This document shows, one piece after another, positions 30,722 through 32,000 of a DNA stretch of 32,000 bases (position 1 is its first letter; every line of letters starts with the position of its first letter). The stretch spans positions 480,001-512,000 of the forward strand of contig CP002278.1 of assembly GCA_000166095.1 (NCBI GenBank), in the 5' to 3' direction. The notes beneath the pieces were generated by a model. That model saw nothing but the letters and a program-made list of their open reading frames with translations. It did not search any database and was not told where the DNA came from. The stretch is from Methanothermus fervidus DSM 2088 (lineage in GTDB: Archaea > Methanobacteriota > Methanobacteria > DSM-2088 > Methanothermaceae). The position numbers were made by a program, and so were the translations under genes.

Positions 30722-31888
30722 TTATTTTTTTGCTAATATATCATCCAATACCTCAACAACTTTATCTATTTCTTCTTTTTTAATGATTAATGGCGGTACC
30801 AGCCTTATTACGTTTTCAGCTGTACAATTTAACAATACACCTTTCTTCAATGCATCTAAAACTATAGAATCACATTTCTTTGAAAGTTCTACCCCAATCA
30901 TCAATCCATGCCCTCTAACATCTTCTATTATTTCATGTTCTAATTTTTTTAATTTTTCTTTAAAGTATTTACCTAATTTTTTGGATCTTTTTGGTAGGTT
31001 TTCTTCTATTATTATTTCAATAGAAGTCTTAGCTGCTGCACAAGCTAAAGGATTTCCTCCAAATGTTGATCCATGGTCTCCTGGTTTAAATGCAGATGCA
31101 ACATCTTCCCTAGCTAATATAGCACCTATAGGAAATCCCCCTCCCATCGCCTTAGCTAAAGTAACTATATCAGCCTCAACACCAAACAATTCTGAAGCAA
31201 ACATTTCACCTGTACGTCCAAATCCAGTCTGAATTTCATCCAATATTAGTAATATGTCATTGTCTTCCGTTAATTCTCGTACTTGTTTTAAATAATCTTT
31301 TGGAGGTACTACAACCCCGCCTTCTCCCTGTATAGGTTCTAGTATGACTGCAGCTGTATCACTAGTTATTGCTTCAGCCATTGCATCTATATCACCAAAT
31401 GGAACATGCTTAAATCCTGGAGTAAGTGGTTCAAATTCTTTTTTATATTTTTTTTGTCCGGTAGCTGATAAAGCTCCCAATGTTCGTCCATGAAATGAAT
31501 TTTTAGCAGCTATTATTTCTTTTTTTCCTGTATATTTTCTTGCAAGTTTTATTGCACCCTCATTGGCTTCTGTGCCACTGTTGGCAAAAAATACTTTATC
31601 TAATGAAGATATTTTAGTTAATAATTCTGCTAGTTCAACCTGTTCTCTTGTGTAGTAGAAGTTAGAGCAATGAATCAATTTTTGAGCTTGGTGGCATATT
31701 GTCAAAACTAGTTTGGGATGTGCATGACCGATGTTGTTTACAGCAATCCCGGCAAAACAATCTATATATTCATTTCCATCAATATCCCATACCTTACATC
31801 CTTTTCCATGTGATAAAACGATAGGATATCTAGAGTATGTATTCATAATATATTTTCTTTCTAATTCCATGATTTCGCTTGCTTTCAT
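30722..31888 (-). CDS. argD: Class III PLP aminotransferase, acetylornithine/LysW-aminoadipate semialdehyde aminotransferase-like
   Basis: [81 protein letters not shown] (PLP Lys) and [19 protein letters not shown] 31888 preceded by GGTGA. Confidence 0.87.
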   Translation of the reverse strand: MKASEIMELERKYIMNTYSRYPIVLSHGKGCKVWDIDGNEYIDCFAGIAVNNIGHAHPKLVLTICHQAQKLIHCSNFYYTREQVELAELLTKISSLDKVFFANSGTEANEGAIKLARKYTGKKEIIAAKNSFHGRTLGALSATGQKKYKKEFEPLTPGFKHVPFGDIDAMAEAITSDTAAVILEPIQGEGGVVVPPKDYLKQVRELTEDNDILLILDEIQTGFGRTGEMFASELFGVEADIVTLAKAMGGGFPIGAILAREDVASAFKPGDHGSTFGGNPLACAAAKTSIEIIIEENLPKRSKKLGKYFKEKLKKLEHEIIEDVRGHGLMIGVELSKKCDSIVLDALKKGVLLNCTAENVIRLVPPLIIKKEEIDKVVEVLDDILAKK

Positions 31889-31960
31889 TGACTCACCCAT
31901 TAATTTTATACATCTTTATACATTTCAATGTCAAAAATAAATACTTAGGGGAAAGGTATC

Positions 31961-32000
31961 ATGTTTTATACAAAGACATTCACAATAAAAACTGAAATAA
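31961..32000 (+). CDS. Start of an unidentified + strand CDS running off the window (MFYTKTFTIKTEI...)
   Basis: ATG 31961 preceded by AGGGGAAAGGT; the frame stays open to the window end. The N-terminus loosely resembles YjbQ/UPF0047 proteins, but 13 residues are too few to call. Confidence 0.4.
   Translation, partial: MFYTKTFTIKTEI

Noticed and set aside
31905-31926. Repeated TTTATACAT-like strings upstream of the class III aminotransferase gene
   Set aside because: Short and AT-rich; probably just TATA/initiator sequence of two divergent promoters and not distinct enough to claim as regulatory repeats.
1-32000. CRISPR array, transposon, prophage or toxin-antitoxin system
   Set aside because: No regularly spaced repeats, transposase, integrase, phage structural or TA genes; nearly all sequence is assigned to housekeeping-type genes.

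Overview
The window is a gene-dense, low-G+C archaeal chromosome segment. The archaeal markers are GatD/GatE, PAN, a split GMP synthase, a KEOPS Cgi121 subunit, aTrm11/Trm-G10, and an archaeal-type CODH/ACS operon. No CRISPR array, transposon, phage gene, tRNA or rRNA was found. The + strand block at about 1-9186 is a compact operon: 3' end of thiC, ATP-dependent DNA ligase, orphan 2x[4Fe-4S] KorD-like ferredoxin, gatD, gatE, trxB, guaA glutaminase subunit, guaA PPase subunit, and a DegT/DnrJ-like PLP protein. A - strand block at 13739-9161 holds a PH-domain membrane protein, a geranylgeranyl reductase family enzyme, Trm-G10, a CimA/LeuA-family synthase and Cgi121. Next come UPF0280 (+) and PAN (-), then a GT-C/STT3-like membrane protein with a C-terminal alpha/alpha-toroid-like domain plus ogt (+). 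The complete operon cdhA-cdhB-cdhC-cooC-cdhD-cdhE follows (-), then adenine deaminase (+), and finally a - strand block of a class III aminotransferase, MoxR AAA ATPase, CoxE-like VWA protein and small helical protein. The strongest non-annotated signal is a near-ideal C/D box guide sRNA (C-12nt-D'-7nt-C'-12nt-D with an AGCC/GGCU terminal stem) at 14492-14554 on the - strand, immediately 3' of PAN. The second is the GT-C/toroid fusion at 16000-18441. I see no convincing evidence of a wholly new multi-gene system.
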